Shown: positions 1-12,726 of the stretch, in pieces
Layout: every line of letters begins with the position of its first letter
Numbering within the stretch: position 1 is the stretch's first letter
Source: Obrimoposthia wandeli
Lineage: Eukaryota
Direction: 5' to 3'
NCBI GenBank assembly: GCA_977020255.1
Contig: CDROCS010001889.1
Coordinates: 310,001 to 374,000, forward strand
DNA length: 64,000 nucleotides
Made by a program: the position numbers and the translations under genes
Notes under the pieces: model-generated
Databases searched by the model: none
Told to the model about the DNA's origin: nothing
The model's input: the letters and a program-made list of their open reading frames with translations, nothing else

Positions 1-238
1 CCAGAGCTGGCCGATTGGGATGACGGAGGAAGATGATGGAGAAGGATGGTGGAGGAGGACGATGGAGAAGGAATCGCGACCACTTTCCTGTTCGGTACCT
101 TGATAGGTTAAACCAATTATATCCTTATCTCCCATTTCCACATGCACCCGTCATCTCCTTGTCGAGCCTGGCAAGGTGAAACTGGTTAAGCCGGTTGGAG
201 ATTAAAATCCTCCTGATTACTCTAATGCCAAAGTGCAT
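1..238 (-). pseudogene. 5' part of RING-like cargo gene family member (copy 1, cut by window edge)
   Basis: ATG at 238: MHFGIRVIRRILISNRLNQFHLARLDKEMT, then a frameshift into VEMGDKDIIGLTYQVPNRKVVAIPSPSSSS; paralogous to 10384-11098. Confidence 0.6.
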
Positions 239-1090
239 TAATCAATTAACTACTTTTAATGATAGTCCATGTCCAATTGAGGAAATAATTAATAATTTTC
301 AAATATTTTGTTTTAACTTTTTCGAACATATATGCAAAAGAAATTCATCACTTTAACAAAAAGGTTTTTTATATTTAATACATTTTGGTTTATTTTCTTA
401 TTTGTATTTCAATTCGGTTTGAAAAATTATTTAAAACATACAAATATTTTTGATCAACAACTATGATATATTAACTTTCTAAAACTTAAATAAAATAATA
501 TTCATATGATAAATGATTTTTTTATATTAATTTTATTGTGACTGATTTCACATCATAAAGATTGACAGTGAAAACTCGAGTCTTGTTTTAAACGATGAAA
601 GTAAATTTGTTCTATTTAAATTAAAAATTTCATATTTGCATTTTCAAATATTCTCAAAATGTAACCATATAAACAACTGAAACTATTTGACGTATTGAGA
701 AAACAGGAATTGAGCAAAAATAATAATTTTATTTTATTGTATTTTATAATTATTACAAATATAAAAGAAAATTTTACATAGTTAAAAGATGAAATTTGGG
801 TATGTTTCATGTCAGTCTTCAAACAAATAGTCATTGTACTTAGGCTATTATTTTATTTACAAGTGTTCTAACGAATGTAAACATCCGCTTTCTATCAGCA
901 GAATGCAGAAATAGATAATTGTGACATACTTTATTATTAAAATTACTATTTATAAATGATTTAACATAGCAAATAAGATGGTAAATTAATTTAGAAAATA
1001 CTTTTTTATAAAAATAAATTTTAAAAGTAGTTATAAAAGTAATATAGTTATAATCTTCATTATTAGTTGTTTGATTTGGTAAGTTTGATT
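1..1090. repeat. Dispersed repeat unit A+B, copy 1 (A = 5' part of RING-like gene, B = AT-rich upstream region)
   Basis: Colinear high identity with 10865-11934; B part also at 2735-3370 and a ~100-bp fragment at ~41978-42075. The duplicated 72-aa ORFs 616-834 and 2980-3198 are a by-product of this repeat. Confidence 0.95.
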
Positions 1091-2733
1091 ATTGTAATGG
1101 TCTTTGATCTGTGTAAACATAAACATTTCGACCTAATAAGTAATGTTTAAAATGTTCCTTTGCAAAAAAGATAGCTAGGCATTTTCTTTCTATTGTTGAG
1201 TAGTTAATTTCATGATTTTTAAGACCTCTACTTGCATATACTATTACATGATATTTTTCGTTATTAACCTGTTGTCCTAAAACTGCTCCTAACGCATAAT
1301 CACTGTAGTCCGTCATTACCAAAAATGAAATTAGAATATCTGAGTATAAGTTTTTCGATTAATTTTTGTTTTAAATATTCGTTAGATTCTTGTTCTTTTT
1401 CTTATTTAAATTTTTCATATTTTCTAATAAGTTTATTCAATGGTGTTGCTATTTGTGCGAAATTTGTAATAAATCTACGATAATATCCAGCAAGTCCTAA
1501 AAATTCTTGTATATTTTTTACTGTTTTTGGGATCGGAAAATTTATTATTTTTTCTATATTACTGTCGTCTGGTTGTATTCCTTTCACTGATACAGTATGT
1601 CCTACATAATTTACTTTATGTTTTATCCATTCACACTTTTTTGGTTTTAATCTTAATCCAGCTACTTGTAATCTTAAGAATACGTTTTCTAAATCTTTTA
1701 AATGTTTTTCAATTTTTTTTGAGATAATAAGAATGTCGTCGATATATACCATAACATGATATGTGTCCATTAAAATATAGTTCATACATCTCTGAAATGT
1801 TGCTGGAGCTCCGGTTAATCCAAATGGTAAGACATTAAATTTAAACAATCCTTCTTCTGTTGAGAAAGCTGTTTTATTTTTGTTTGACTCCTCAATTTCT
1901 TTCTGCCAGTACTCACTCTGCAGATCTAAAGTAGTGAATACTTTTGCATTTATGATTTTATCCAGTATTTTATCAATTCTTGAAAGTGGATAAGTATCTT
2001 TGTGAGTGACTTCGTTTAGTTTTCTATAGTCGTCGCAGAATCTTAAAGAACTATCTTTCTTTTATACTAAAACGAAAGCTGATGTCCATGCTGAAAAACG
2101 TCTTCTAATAATTTCATTTTCTAACATTCCTTTTATTTGTCTTTGAACCTCATCTCTGTAGACATATGGAATTCGATAAGGTCGTTGTTTTATTGCCGTA
2201 TTTGTTGTTAACGGAAGATTATGTTTTATCAGATTTGTTCGTCTTAGATCGTATTCATTTTTAGCGAAAATTACGTCATATTTTATCTTCTATTTTTTCA
2301 TTATTTATTAATTCAATATTTCCAATGACACTTATTTTCCAAAGCGTCCTCCCACCTTGAGATGAATTTCGTTAATATCTACATTTAGTATTCTGACTGG
2401 TATTGTGTTGTTTTTTATTTTACAAATTATATAATAAAACCTTTCTTTTTGATATTTATAAGGTTCAAATAATATATCCTTATCTGTGATTATTTTGGTT
2501 TCGAGCTGTAACATTGTTTCTGTTCTTGGTTAGAGAATGATATCTCCTTTTATTTCTAATTTGTATTCAATTTTAGCGTTAGGTCTGTAAATGTATTTTA
2601 TTTGATTTTTCTCAAAACCAAAATGGAAATTATTTCCTAATTTTCTTAATGTATACCTATGATCTTTTAGCAAGGACAATTTTTCATCAGTCTTGTAGGT
2701 ATTTTTATGAATTTATCTCCTAAAAATGTTTTT
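1089..2733 (-). pseudogene. pol: Ty3/Gypsy pol fragment (protease C-half, RT, RNase H), decayed
   Basis: RT motifs FNVLPFGLTGAPATFQR and VYIDDILI, thumb NIQEFLGLAGYYRRFI, RNase H TDYSDYALGAVLGQ...YSTIERKCLAI...VYTDQRPLQ; stops and frameshifts; no integrase; truncated on both sides by repeat B. Confidence 0.95.
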
Positions 2734-2734
2734 C

Positions 2735-3370
2735 ATATTTAATAAATTTTGGTTTATTTTCTTATTTGTATTTCAATTTGGTTTGAAAAATTATTTAAAA
2801 CATACAAATATTTTTGATCAACAACTATGATATATTAACTTTCTAAAACTTAAATAAAATAATATTCATATGATAAATGATTTTTTTGTATTAATTTTAT
2901 TGTGACTGATTTCACATCATAAAGATTGACAGTGAAGACTCGAGTCTTGTTTTAAACGATGAAAGTAAATTTGTTCTATTTAAATTAAAAATTTCATATT
3001 TGCATTTTCAAATATTCTCAAAATGTAACCATATAAACAACTGAAACTATTTGACGTATTGAGAAAACAGGAATTGAGCAAAAATAATAATTTTATTTTA
3101 TTGTATTTTATAATTATTACAAATATAAAAGAAAATTTTACATAGTTAAAAGATGAAATTTGGGTATGTTTCATGTCAGTCTTCAAACAAATAGTCATTG
3201 TACTTAGGCTATTATTTTATTTACAAGTGTTCTAACGAATGTAAACATCCGCTTTCTATCAGCAGAATGCAGAAATAGATAATTGTGACATACTTTATTA
3301 TTAAAATGACTATTTGTAAATGATTTAACATAGCAAATAAGATGGTAAATTAATTTAGAAAATACTTTTT
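2735..3370. repeat. Repeat B, partial copy
   Basis: Near-identical to ~370-1005. Confidence 0.95.
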
Positions 3371-3371
3371 A

Positions 3372-5034
3372 CTCTATTTTGATGATGGTTAAAAATAAGA
3401 AATCTTGCTAAAAATATAAAACATCCTAAGATTAAATTCCATGTTAATCCACCAACTTTATAAATATAGTAAGTAAATAAAATTTGACTTAGAAGAATTT
3501 TAAAACAAATTAATAGAGCAAATATTCCAACTTATCCAGAAAATGCTTGACCAAAATTTAAAAATTTTACCCATATTTTTGACATAGTGTTTTAAGTGGC
3601 TTTTATAAAATGATTTGGAGAAAGTAATAAGTCGTAATCGGGATGGCTAATTCCGTCTGGTACCGATCTTTTTATGATTTATGTTAAAATTGTCGATCTT
3701 ATTTTGGGAAATAAAATGTATTTGCTTAATTTATCTATATCTTGTATGTAAATTCATTTGTGTTTAATTCATTATCTGGTTGTATATTGATGTCGTTATT
3801 GAGAGTGGTTAATTTTAATTTTAGTGGTTCTGTGACTATGTCTCTTCTTAGAAGTGAAATCTAAATATCTTTCGAAATTTGATAATGAGGTGTCATTATG
3901 TTTGAACGGTTTATTTATTTTATGCTCAATGTGTTAAAAAGTATGATTCTAGTGATTGGCTGTACAAATAATGAATGATTTTTGTAAGAAATTGGTAATT
4001 CTTTTGTACATTTGGGTGATTTATTATGTTAACTATTACTTTTTGACTGTGATAAGTGTATAACACTTCTCCCATTACTCTTCCAAAAGTACCGTCAGCT
4101 AATGGTAATAATGGTGCTATTAATTCTGGGTCAGTAGCAATAATTTCCAATTTTGTTTTTAATATTTCTTGATTTAATTTACAATCATTCATTATTGTTT
4201 CTCTATATATTGCTTATATTGTCGTTAATCCTTTGTGATAGAAATAATCTAATTTATTGTTAAAATAATCATAATTTATATCAAATTTAGTTGGTGTCGT
4301 TTTGCATTATGTATTTTCTCATTACTTATATATATTACTTTATAATTAGTTGTATAAACAGAGTGTCCACATCGGGATTTCTATTTATTTTTAATAAATC
4401 GCATTCCTGAACCTTGTTCAATGGACATTAATATAGTTGGAGTTGATGGTTTTTGTAATTTTCAAGTTCTATATCTTTTACATATGTATTTTAGAATTTG
4501 TTGATCTAGTTCCGGATCGTCTATAAATCATTTTCCTTGAATTATTTGAAAAGTTTCTAATTTAAGATGCATTCATTTACATTGATCCATTTTTACTTTG
4601 TAGTAAAGTATTAAAAAACCTGTGTTATAGTGACCTATATTTGCTTCACAAAATGTCCATGTTACCATTGTGTTTGTGAAAGGGTCGAATATTACTTTGA
4701 AAGTTCTTAATTTGACGTCAAAACTTTTAGTAACTACTAAACTTCTTTGCTTAACACCGATTACAACGTAAGTTCCAGTTGTACATTAACTATCAGATTT
4801 AATCGTACTTACAACTGATATAATTTGCTGAATTATTTTATTCTTCATTGCTCGAACTTTAATTTCTCTATCTAATCTCAATTCTCCTGTTGCAAAAGCA
4901 TCTTTACAATTTAAGGCGTCAACTATTATTGGTGTTTTTCCTAATGCAGACTTTACTATTGAATTGTGACTATGCTGTCCACGATATGTTATAAATGTCT
5001 ATACGTGTACTCTGCATTCAAAAACCTCTGCATT
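3372..5034 (-). pseudogene. env: env-like class III fusion glycoprotein (chuvirus G / herpes gB-like), main body
   Basis: Reads AEVFECRVHV*TFITYRGQHSHNSIV...NCKDAFATG...DPELIAPLLPLADGTFGRVMGEVLYTYH... and ends in a hydrophobic region FWSSISG*VGIFALLICFKILLSQILFTYYIYKVGGLTWNLILGCFIFLARFLIF. This matches the remembered pattern of chuvirus-like glycoproteins in LTR retroelements. Confidence 0.8.
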
Positions 5035-5469
5035 TGTTGGGGTTTCTATACGAAACTTGTACAGATCCTCTTATGTGCGGAGGGCCCCAACGTGAGTTCG
5101 AATAGAAGCAGGTCTTAAGTTGGTCGTGGCCTACTTAGTGTTATGGTTGCCTATCTCTCTTATTTATCTGAAGGTGTTTGGTTTGACGTCTCTTAATCTG
5201 AAGGTTCAAAACAACGTTTTCTACTGTAGGAAATCGTTTATTGGTAACACACTAAACTACAACACAACAATACGTTTATGTACGTATCTTCTAAAAAGTA
5301 TAGTAAAAATTCCTAGGACTTCTGCAAGTCTCCACTCTAGTGGGGATGAACCACGTATCGATTTTAGGTGTTAGGGTTGGTTAAGTTCTTAGAGTCTTTC
5401 CTCTAACTCGCGACTAAGCTCAAGTTATAGATTTTACGGAGCTGGTTGCTCTAATTCAAATGGTGAATT

Positions 5470-6043
5470 TATAGACAAAACAATGTTACTTCAAATTGTA
5501 AAATTCTAGACAAAACAATATTATTTCAAATTGTAACTTTAGGCAAAACAATGTTATTCAAATTGTCAAATTCTAGACAAAACAATATTATTTAAATTTG
5601 TAACTTTAGGCAAAACAATGCTATTCAATTGTCAAATTCTAGACAAAACAATATTATTTAAATTTGTAACTTTAGGCAAAATAATGTTACTCAAGTTGTC
5701 AAATTCTAGACAAAACAATACTAATTCAATTTGTGAATTTAGGCAAAATAATGTTACTCAAGTTGTCAAATTCTAGACAAAACAATACTAATTCAATTTG
5801 TGAATTTAGGCAAAATAATGTTACTCAAGTTGTCAAATTCTAGACAAAACAATACTAATTCAATTTGTGAATTTAGGCAAAATAATGTTACTCAAGTTGT
5901 CAAATTCTAGACAAAACAATACTATTTAAATTTGTAACTTTAGGCAAAACAATGCTACTCAATTGTCAAATTCTAGACAAAACAATATTATTTAAATTTG
6001 TAACTTTAGGCAAAACAATGCTACTCAATTGTCAAATTCTAGT
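5470..6043. repeat. Tandem array, ~67-bp unit (two ~33-bp subunits), ~8.5 copies
   Basis: AAATTCTAGA recurs at 5501, 5568, 5634, 5701, 5768, 5835, 5902, 5968, 6034. Confidence 0.95.
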
Positions 6044-6132
6044 CGTTTCGTCTTACCTATTTGATCTGATTGTTAAGTCCCAGGTGGAGTCTGCTGCTCG
6101 CCCGAGAAATTGTGAGTGCTGCGACGACGTTT

Positions 6133-6525
6133 GAAATCAGTTGTTGTGGTTTTGAAATCAGTTGTTGTGGTTTTTTAGATCAGTCGTTGTGATTTTGAAA
6201 TCAGTTGTTGTGGTTTTAGATCAGTCGTTGTGATTTTGAAATCAGTTGTTGTGGTTTTAGATCAGTCGTTGTGATTGACAATCAGTTGTTGTGGTTTTAG
6301 ATCAGTCGTTGGGATTTTGAAATCAGTTGTTGTGGTTTTAAATCAGTCGTTGGGATTTTGAAATCAGTTGTTGTGGTTTTAAATCAGTCGTTGTGATTTT
6401 GCAATCAGTTGTTGTGGTTTTAAATCAGTCGTTGTGATTTTGAAATCAGTTGTTGTGGTTTTAAATCAGTCGTTGTGATTTTGCAATCAGTTGTTGTGGT
6501 TTTAAATCAGTCGTTGTGATTGACA
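6133..6525. repeat. Tandem array, ~41-bp unit, ~9-10 copies
   Basis: GAAATCAGTTGTTGTGGTTTTAGATCAGTCGTTGTGATTTT repeated without spacers. Confidence 0.95.
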
Positions 6526-7124
6526 ATCCCGAAGCGACTCTAGAATAAGGAATCAATAAAATTGAGACACACTAAATAAATCACCTGTTCTGCTGCTCCG
6601 CTCTTTTTTCCTCGTTGTAGTTTGGTATTTTCCCCGTGTGTTTCGATTGCCAATTTAGTGGACTTATATAGACTGCTTTCACCTGGCAATCTGCTAGACA
6701 AATAAATTAATCGATTGCACCAAAGTGTGCTTACCCTTGATTTCACCTGGCGAGCTAAGATTGAATTCTTGGATCTGCTAGGCAAATAAATTAATCGATT
6801 GCACCAAAGTGTGCTTACCTTTTGCTGACGTTGGCAATTTTCTTCAGCAATTAACTTTCTTTAATTAACTTTCTTTTTTCTTTTTTGCTTGTTTGCTGAT
6901 TTGTCTTTTTTGCACTTTTAGTTAATTAATTCTAACCTTATATACTACACACTATACACGACCTTCGTGGTCCTCCTAATATTTATTCTTATCTTAATTT
7001 CAATAATTTTAGTTTTGAATTTTAAAATTAATATTTTATTTAATTTTCAACCTTGCTTTCAAGGATTTTTATTTTAGTATAAATTCAACTAATTATTTTA
7101 ATTTTTTAATTCCTAAACCTAACA

Positions 7125-7345
7125 CATTTAGAAAACCTGTTTCTTGATATACTTGATAGAATTTAGTATTTTTAATTTTAACCTCATTTGGGTCAGAGTC
7201 TGCACATTTTTGTAAATCCATTAAAGAATATTTATTTTGAATTTTATATTTTGAACAGTTATATTCTAAAGCATTAATTGGTTTTATCATGTTCATAATT
7301 AGACATATTGTTAATATTATTTGTATAATTTTCTGTAAACTCTGT
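7125..7345 (-). pseudogene. env: env N-terminus with signal-peptide-like segment
   Basis: IIQIILTICLIMNMIKPINA-LEYNCSKYKIQNKYSLMDLQKC...VYQETGFLN; continues in frame at 5034 after removing the insertion. Confidence 0.8.
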
Positions 7346-7539
7346 AAAATTTTGTTGAAATTATTTTTATTTTTAAAAAAAAATTATTTGTAACTTTTTG
7401 ATGTTTTTCGTTTTTTTTTTGTGTTTTTTTTCTTCTTGTGTTTCAGTAGTTTGGTTTGTTTTTGTTATTGTATATTTATTCTTTTGTAATGTTAGACAAC
7501 CATCTCTAAACATGTCTCCAAATTTGGATTATAAGTTTG

Positions 7540-9030
7540 TTATATCTGTACGCGGTTCATTGTTATGATGTTGTTGATGTATTTCTCTGTAGCGATTATC
7601 CATTTTTTTAAAAGTTGTGATTTTAATAACGCAAGTTCCTCTGTGTTTAGAGTTGTTTCTGCAATTTCAATAGTGGGTATAGGGTTTCTTGGAGTGTATT
7701 GTTGATATTGAGTATTGAATTGTACTGTTTTTTGAATTTGTGATTGCTGTTTTATTGTTGTGTTTCCAAATTGATTCATCATTGTGTTTAATTTTTTACA
7801 GTCATCGGTGTTGTGATTTTCATATTACATATCTTACAAAATGTTGTATTGTTATTAAAATATATATTTTGATTATTGAAATTATTATTCCTTGGTAGTG
7901 TATTATTACCTTGCTTATTCATTAGTTTTCTACAAGTTTCGATCGTATTATTGTCTGTTTTGCAAAATCTGCAGAATTTTATGTTATTTAATTTTCGACA
8001 ATTTTCTTTTGTGTGATTTTGGAGTCCACAATTTGTGCATTTCCGAAAAAATCTTTTTTTGTAAATTGTGAGTCTGTAAAAACTATATTTGACTGACCTC
8101 TATAAAAATTATTTGTTGGTGGTCTAAATTGTTGAAGATTTAGAAAATTATATTGAGTATCTGGGTTAAAATTTTGAGTTTGGCTGTAGTTTGGCGGTGT
8201 TTGTGATTTTTGTATTTTTTCAAAAGATAATGCTGAAACCTCGGTTTGCTGTAACATATTTAGTTTTGTTTCTACTAATTGAGATTTTCCTATATCTTGT
8301 GGAAAGTTTTCTACTTATAGTAATGCTGGGTGATCTCTAATTTTGTTATTTAATCCATGTAAAACTGATGTAAAAGTAATCGTTCTCTTTGTGCTTCTTC
8401 TATTTCGGGAAAAGATTGTAGAGCAAGTCGTCGTAATTAGACTTCGAATATATTTGTGAGTTCTCCTACATGTTGTTCTCGTTGCCTAAATTGATTTAAG
8501 TAGTTCTAGTCCGACTGTGCTCCTAAAACCATATTTTGAAATGTTTTGGACTAAATGTTCCCATTTGTCCTTTTGTACATTTGTTAGTCCTCTTTAAATA
8601 GTTAGGGCAGTGCTTTTTAGGTATGTTGGAAAAACTCTAAGTTATCTGGGTCAGTTCATTCGGATGCTTGAGCAAAAGAATCGTATATATTCAAGAATTC
8701 TGGCAACGATGATTTATCGCCATTAAATGCGTCTAGTCTATGATTTGCCATTTGAGGCACTTCGTTTATTTACTCGTTATTTATTTCTATGTTAGGTGTT
8801 ACTGGTTTTACCACTGTTTCTGTTGTTTCTGACGAGTTTTCTGAGTCAGATGTTTGTGGCAAGGATAAACTTTCTGTATCCGAATTTGACGGTAGGTTTT
8901 GATATTCTGAGTTGGTTGATGTTGATTGGTTTGTGTGTTGATTTAAAGAAGTTTCTGGAAAGAATTCGTTGAATGTTCCTGAAGTTTATCTGTGACTTAG
9001 GTCTTTGTGGTGATGTTTTGTTTGCGTTAG
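7540..9030 (-). pseudogene. gag: gag with two CCHC-type zinc knuckles, decayed
   Basis: MANHRLDAFNGDKSSLPEFLNIYDSFAQA (ATG 8751); knuckles CRFCKTDNNTIETC (~7935-7975, H>N) and CKICNMKNHNTDDC (~7800-7845); Q/N-rich linkers. Confidence 0.8.
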
Positions 9031-9048
9031 TTCTGACTAATCTAGTTT

Positions 9049-9061
9049 GAATGCGTCTCCA
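9049..9061 (-). promoter_or_regulatory. Putative primer-binding site next to the 3' end of the 5' LTR
   Basis: Minus strand reads ...GCTAGTTTTCA-C-TGGAGACGCATTC directly upstream of gag. The LTR begins at 9063 on plus coordinates; its far end was not defined. Confidence 0.6.
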
Positions 9062-10383
9062 GTGAAAACTAGCGCTACGTGTTTGTTTATTTATTTTGTG
9101 TGTCTGTTTTGTGATAGTTTGTTGGGTTTGTGTTGTTTTATGTTTTTTAAAAATAGTGATAGATGGGAAATGCGCAATGCGTAAGGGAATTCAAATATAT
9201 CTCGGTGATATACGGAAAAATTATTTTTTTGATCTCAAAATCAACTCTTTTAGCAAAATAAAAAATACGTTATCAGAAAATTTTTTTGGAGAAAATTTAT
9301 CTATTTTTGAAGTTTATTTTTATATTTTTTGTTTTTATGTTTTTTTAATTAGAAAAATGCCAAGATTCAAAAAACTTTCTCGAAAAATCTTTGTCCCTTA
9401 TCACTTTGAGCACTACCTACGTCAACCAGTATATATTCTTTAAATTGGTAGCACTTGACGCAACTTGGGAAACAAGACAGTTCGTGACAAAAATTTAAAT
9501 TTTTGATTAAATTTATATTTATTGAAAAACATTTTTTTGTTACAAATTTAATAGACAAATACACTCCAATTTGTAGTTTTCAAAAACGAATTTTATTTGT
9601 TTACTTATTTAACGGAAAAATGTGAAAATTTATTTTAAAATTAATATTATTTGAGTTGTGCCTTGTTTGTTGATTATTTTAAAAAATATATTTGTGGGTG
9701 TTCAAAACTCTGTCCTACAAGGGCCAGTTTATAGCCTTTATGAACAGAATTCCGAAAACCGAAATATTATCCTTTATTAATATCACGATTAAATTGATCT
9801 ACACAACTCAAATTACAAAAAAAAATTAGAGAATGTAAGCTGATAATATTTCGGAAGACAAAGTTATAAAGTAATTTTCAGAGATCCTAACTCACTTAAT
9901 TTATAGTTTTTAAAAATATGTAAGTAAATCACGTAAAGTCAAATAAATGTATTTGTAAAAATGACTTTTGATGTTATAATGTAAGTTTTAACGACTATGA
10001 TAAATAATATATGATCTATAGTAACAAGACTAAAACCAAATTTTATTAAAATAATTGTTTTAACTTACGAGACTTGTGCCCAAAGCTGCAAACACCTCAA
10101 CTATGTTTACTTTATATTGTACTTACAAAGCTTGTGCGCAAAGCTGCAAAAACCTCAACTACGAAAAGGTTAAGTCCTACTATTTTTAGTAAGCTATTAA
10201 AACTATTAAAACGGTTAACAAATAAATCAAACAAAATAAATCTACTTTAGACAAAATTCAGATAATTTGAGAATAGGTAGGCTACATACATCTGTAAGCC
10301 ATATCGCTATAGAACTCACATACGACGATTTTAATCAAATTTCAGATTCTAAATTTTGTGTCGATCAGTAGTCTGTATATATT

Positions 10384-11098
10384 TCAGCAGCACACATCAC
10401 CTCTAAGGAGTTTGGGACATACTTGTGTATGTGTGTACTACAGAGAAATGTGCAAATCACATGTGCAGTTTTGTATTGCAAGGCTGTAGCGTGTGTGATC
10501 ATCAAAAGTGAGGAGACATTCACGTAGCTGTACTGGTACTCGGGGAAAGAGAAAAGAGTATTGATTGATAACATGGCACAGGGAGAGAGAAGGGAACTGT
10601 AACCAGTTTTACAGCAGTTATTGTTGTGTCGCCTCCGTCTTTTGGGAGAAAATGACATTGGTTCGGCAGCTAGGGCAATAGGATCGTCGATCAATATTAA
10701 CGCACTTAAAGTGCATTGGAGTGCCTGGTGATAGTAGAAAGGGGAGATATTAAGGGAACAGATATCGGGAGAGATAATAGAAGAAAACATTGTCACCCCG
10801 ATCTGCAACTCCAACATCGCTGCAACGTCAAGGCAGTAACATAATGGTAGTAGGAGATTGTCATCCGAAGCTGGCCGATTAGGATGACGCATGAAGATGA
10901 TGGAGAAGGATGGTGGATGATGATGTTGAAGGAACCGTGACCACTTTCCTGTGCAGTACTTTGATAGGATAAACCAATTCTATCCTTATCTCCCATTTCC
11001 ACACGCACCGTCATCTCACTGGCGAGCCTGGCTAGGAGAAACCGGTTAAGCCGGTTGGAGATTGAAATCCTCCTGATTACTCTAATGCCAAAGTGCAT
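10384..11098 (-). pseudogene. RING-like Cys/His cargo gene (copy 2), frameshifted with stops
   Basis: MHFGIRVIRR...GDKDRIGLSYQ. A shifted frame contains MHFKCVNIDRRSYCPSCRT (~10716-10660) and ECLLTFDDHTRYSLAIQNCTCDLHISL*YTHTQVCPKL. Confidence 0.55.
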
Positions 11099-11934
11099 TA
11101 ATGAATTAACTACTTTTAATTATAGTCCATGTCCAATTGAGGAAATATTTAATATTTTCAAATATTTTGTTTTAACTTTTTCCGAACATATATACAAAAG
11201 AAATTCACTTTAACAAAAAGGTTTTTTATATTTAATAAATTTTGGTTTATTTTCTTATTTGTATTTCAATTTGGTTTGAAAAATTATTTAAAACATACAA
11301 AATATTTTTGATCAACAACTATGATATATTAACTTTCTAAAACTTAAATAAAATTCATATGATAAATGATTTTTTTGTATTAATTTTATTATGACTGATC
11401 TCGCATCAAAAAAATTGACAGTAAAGACTCGAGTCTTGTTTTTAACAATGAAAGTAAATTTGTTCTATTAAAAATTAAAAATTTCATATTTGCATTTTCA
11501 AATCTTCTCAAAATGTTACGATATAAACAACTGAAACTATTTGACGTATTGGGAAAACAGGATATGAGCAAAAATACTAATAATTTCATTGTATTTTATA
11601 ATTATTACAAATATAAAAGAAAATTGTACATAGTTAAAAGATGAAATTAGGGTATGTTTCATGTCAGTCTTCAAACAAATAGTCATTGTACTTAGGCTAT
11701 TATTTTATTTACAAGTGTTCTAACGAATGTAAACATCCGCTTTCTATCAGCAGAATGCATAAATATATAATTGTGACGTATACTTTACTATTAAAATTAC
11801 TATTTATAAATGATTTAACATAGCAAATAAGATGGTAAATTAATTTAGAAATACTTTTTTTTATAAAATAACTTTTAAAAGTAGTTATAAAGTAATATAG
11901 TTATAATCTTCGTTCTTAGTTGTTTGATTTGATT
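10865..11934. repeat. Repeat unit A+B, copy 2
   Basis: Colinear with 1-1090. Confidence 0.95.
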
Positions 11935-12521
11935 ATATCGAGTCACCATGATTTTCCAAGGTCCATTGAGTTCCACTAAGAATCACAGAAATTCTTGGAA
12001 TATTTGAACATTGTAACGTGTAAGAACGATTATATTACTGCAGTTTGTCGGCAGTTAAATACGGTTTTCTAATTCTTATGGTGCTTTCAAATCTTGCAGA
12101 AGCTTACTTCGTTGTTCATTTGGTGTCAATGAATTTAAAACGCTCATTATCTAAATATGGTTTGGTATTGTCATTACTGTGCTACTCTACTCTTTATTTT
12201 TTAACAATAATGAGTAATTATTTATTTGAGAATAAACCTCTAGTAGGTGGATGTGTCCGGTCAAATCCAGCCCCTTTAAAACCGTGCATGTGTGTGGAGT
12301 GAAATTTTGTTTATGTGTGTGGAGTGTCATTTTCTACCCTCCCAACACTCAAAAACTAATTAACCCCATATAACACCCTTTAAAATTGAAAATCTCATAG
12401 TGCTCCCCCAGAGTGAGGAAGTGTCTGAGAGGCGGTGGCCTGACGAGCAATACATATATACAGGGTCGCGAAAACAGGTCGTGAAACAGGATAGGTGATC
12501 TCGATGTTCACCGAAGAAGTC

Positions 12522-12726
12522 TCAAAACTCCTTCTCCTCCATTGTTCTGCAGAAGGGACAGACGAAGAATTGAAGCCCATGAGACTTTGTCCGATAGTAG
12601 GCGGACATTATCTCAATGCAGGACTCTCCTCCATGCGTTGCCGAAGCACAACAATAATGGGTTACATGTAATCTAAAATTAAATATTAATAAAGAAATAA
12701 AAAATAAAGTTCCTTACCATAGTCAT
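12522..12726 (-). pseudogene. Tiny spliced gene encoding a half-RING-like peptide
   Basis: TATA at 12767-12774; ATG ACT ATG, then a 45-nt GT-AG intron (12717-12673); with one frameshift it reads ITCNHYCCASATHGGESCIEIMSAYYRTKSHGLQFFVCPFCRTMEEKEF*. Confidence 0.45.

Larger units (their letters stand above)
5035..7124. mobile_element. 2.09-kb solo-LTR-like insertion with 4-bp TSD (CATT)
   Basis: Starts TGTTGGGGTTT, ends AAACCTAACA; CATT at 5031-5034 and 7125-7128. Removing it restores the env frame (ETGFLN-AEVFEC). Confidence 0.9.

Noticed and set aside
616-834. 72-aa ORF (also 2980-3198 and 11389-11589)
   Set aside because: Low-complexity AT-rich frames, repeated only because the DNA is duplicated; the third copy is disrupted.
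370-1090. Repeat B as the LTR of the Gypsy element
   Set aside because: No TG...CA ends, no adjacent PPT or PBS, and it truncates pol mid-domain. The PBS-associated LTR end is at 9063 and differs in sequence.
6133-6525. CRISPR-like appearance of the tandem arrays (also 5470-6043, 17395-17890, 23790-23898, 63675-63968)
   Set aside because: Units are head-to-tail with no unique spacers, there are no cas genes, and the context is eukaryotic.
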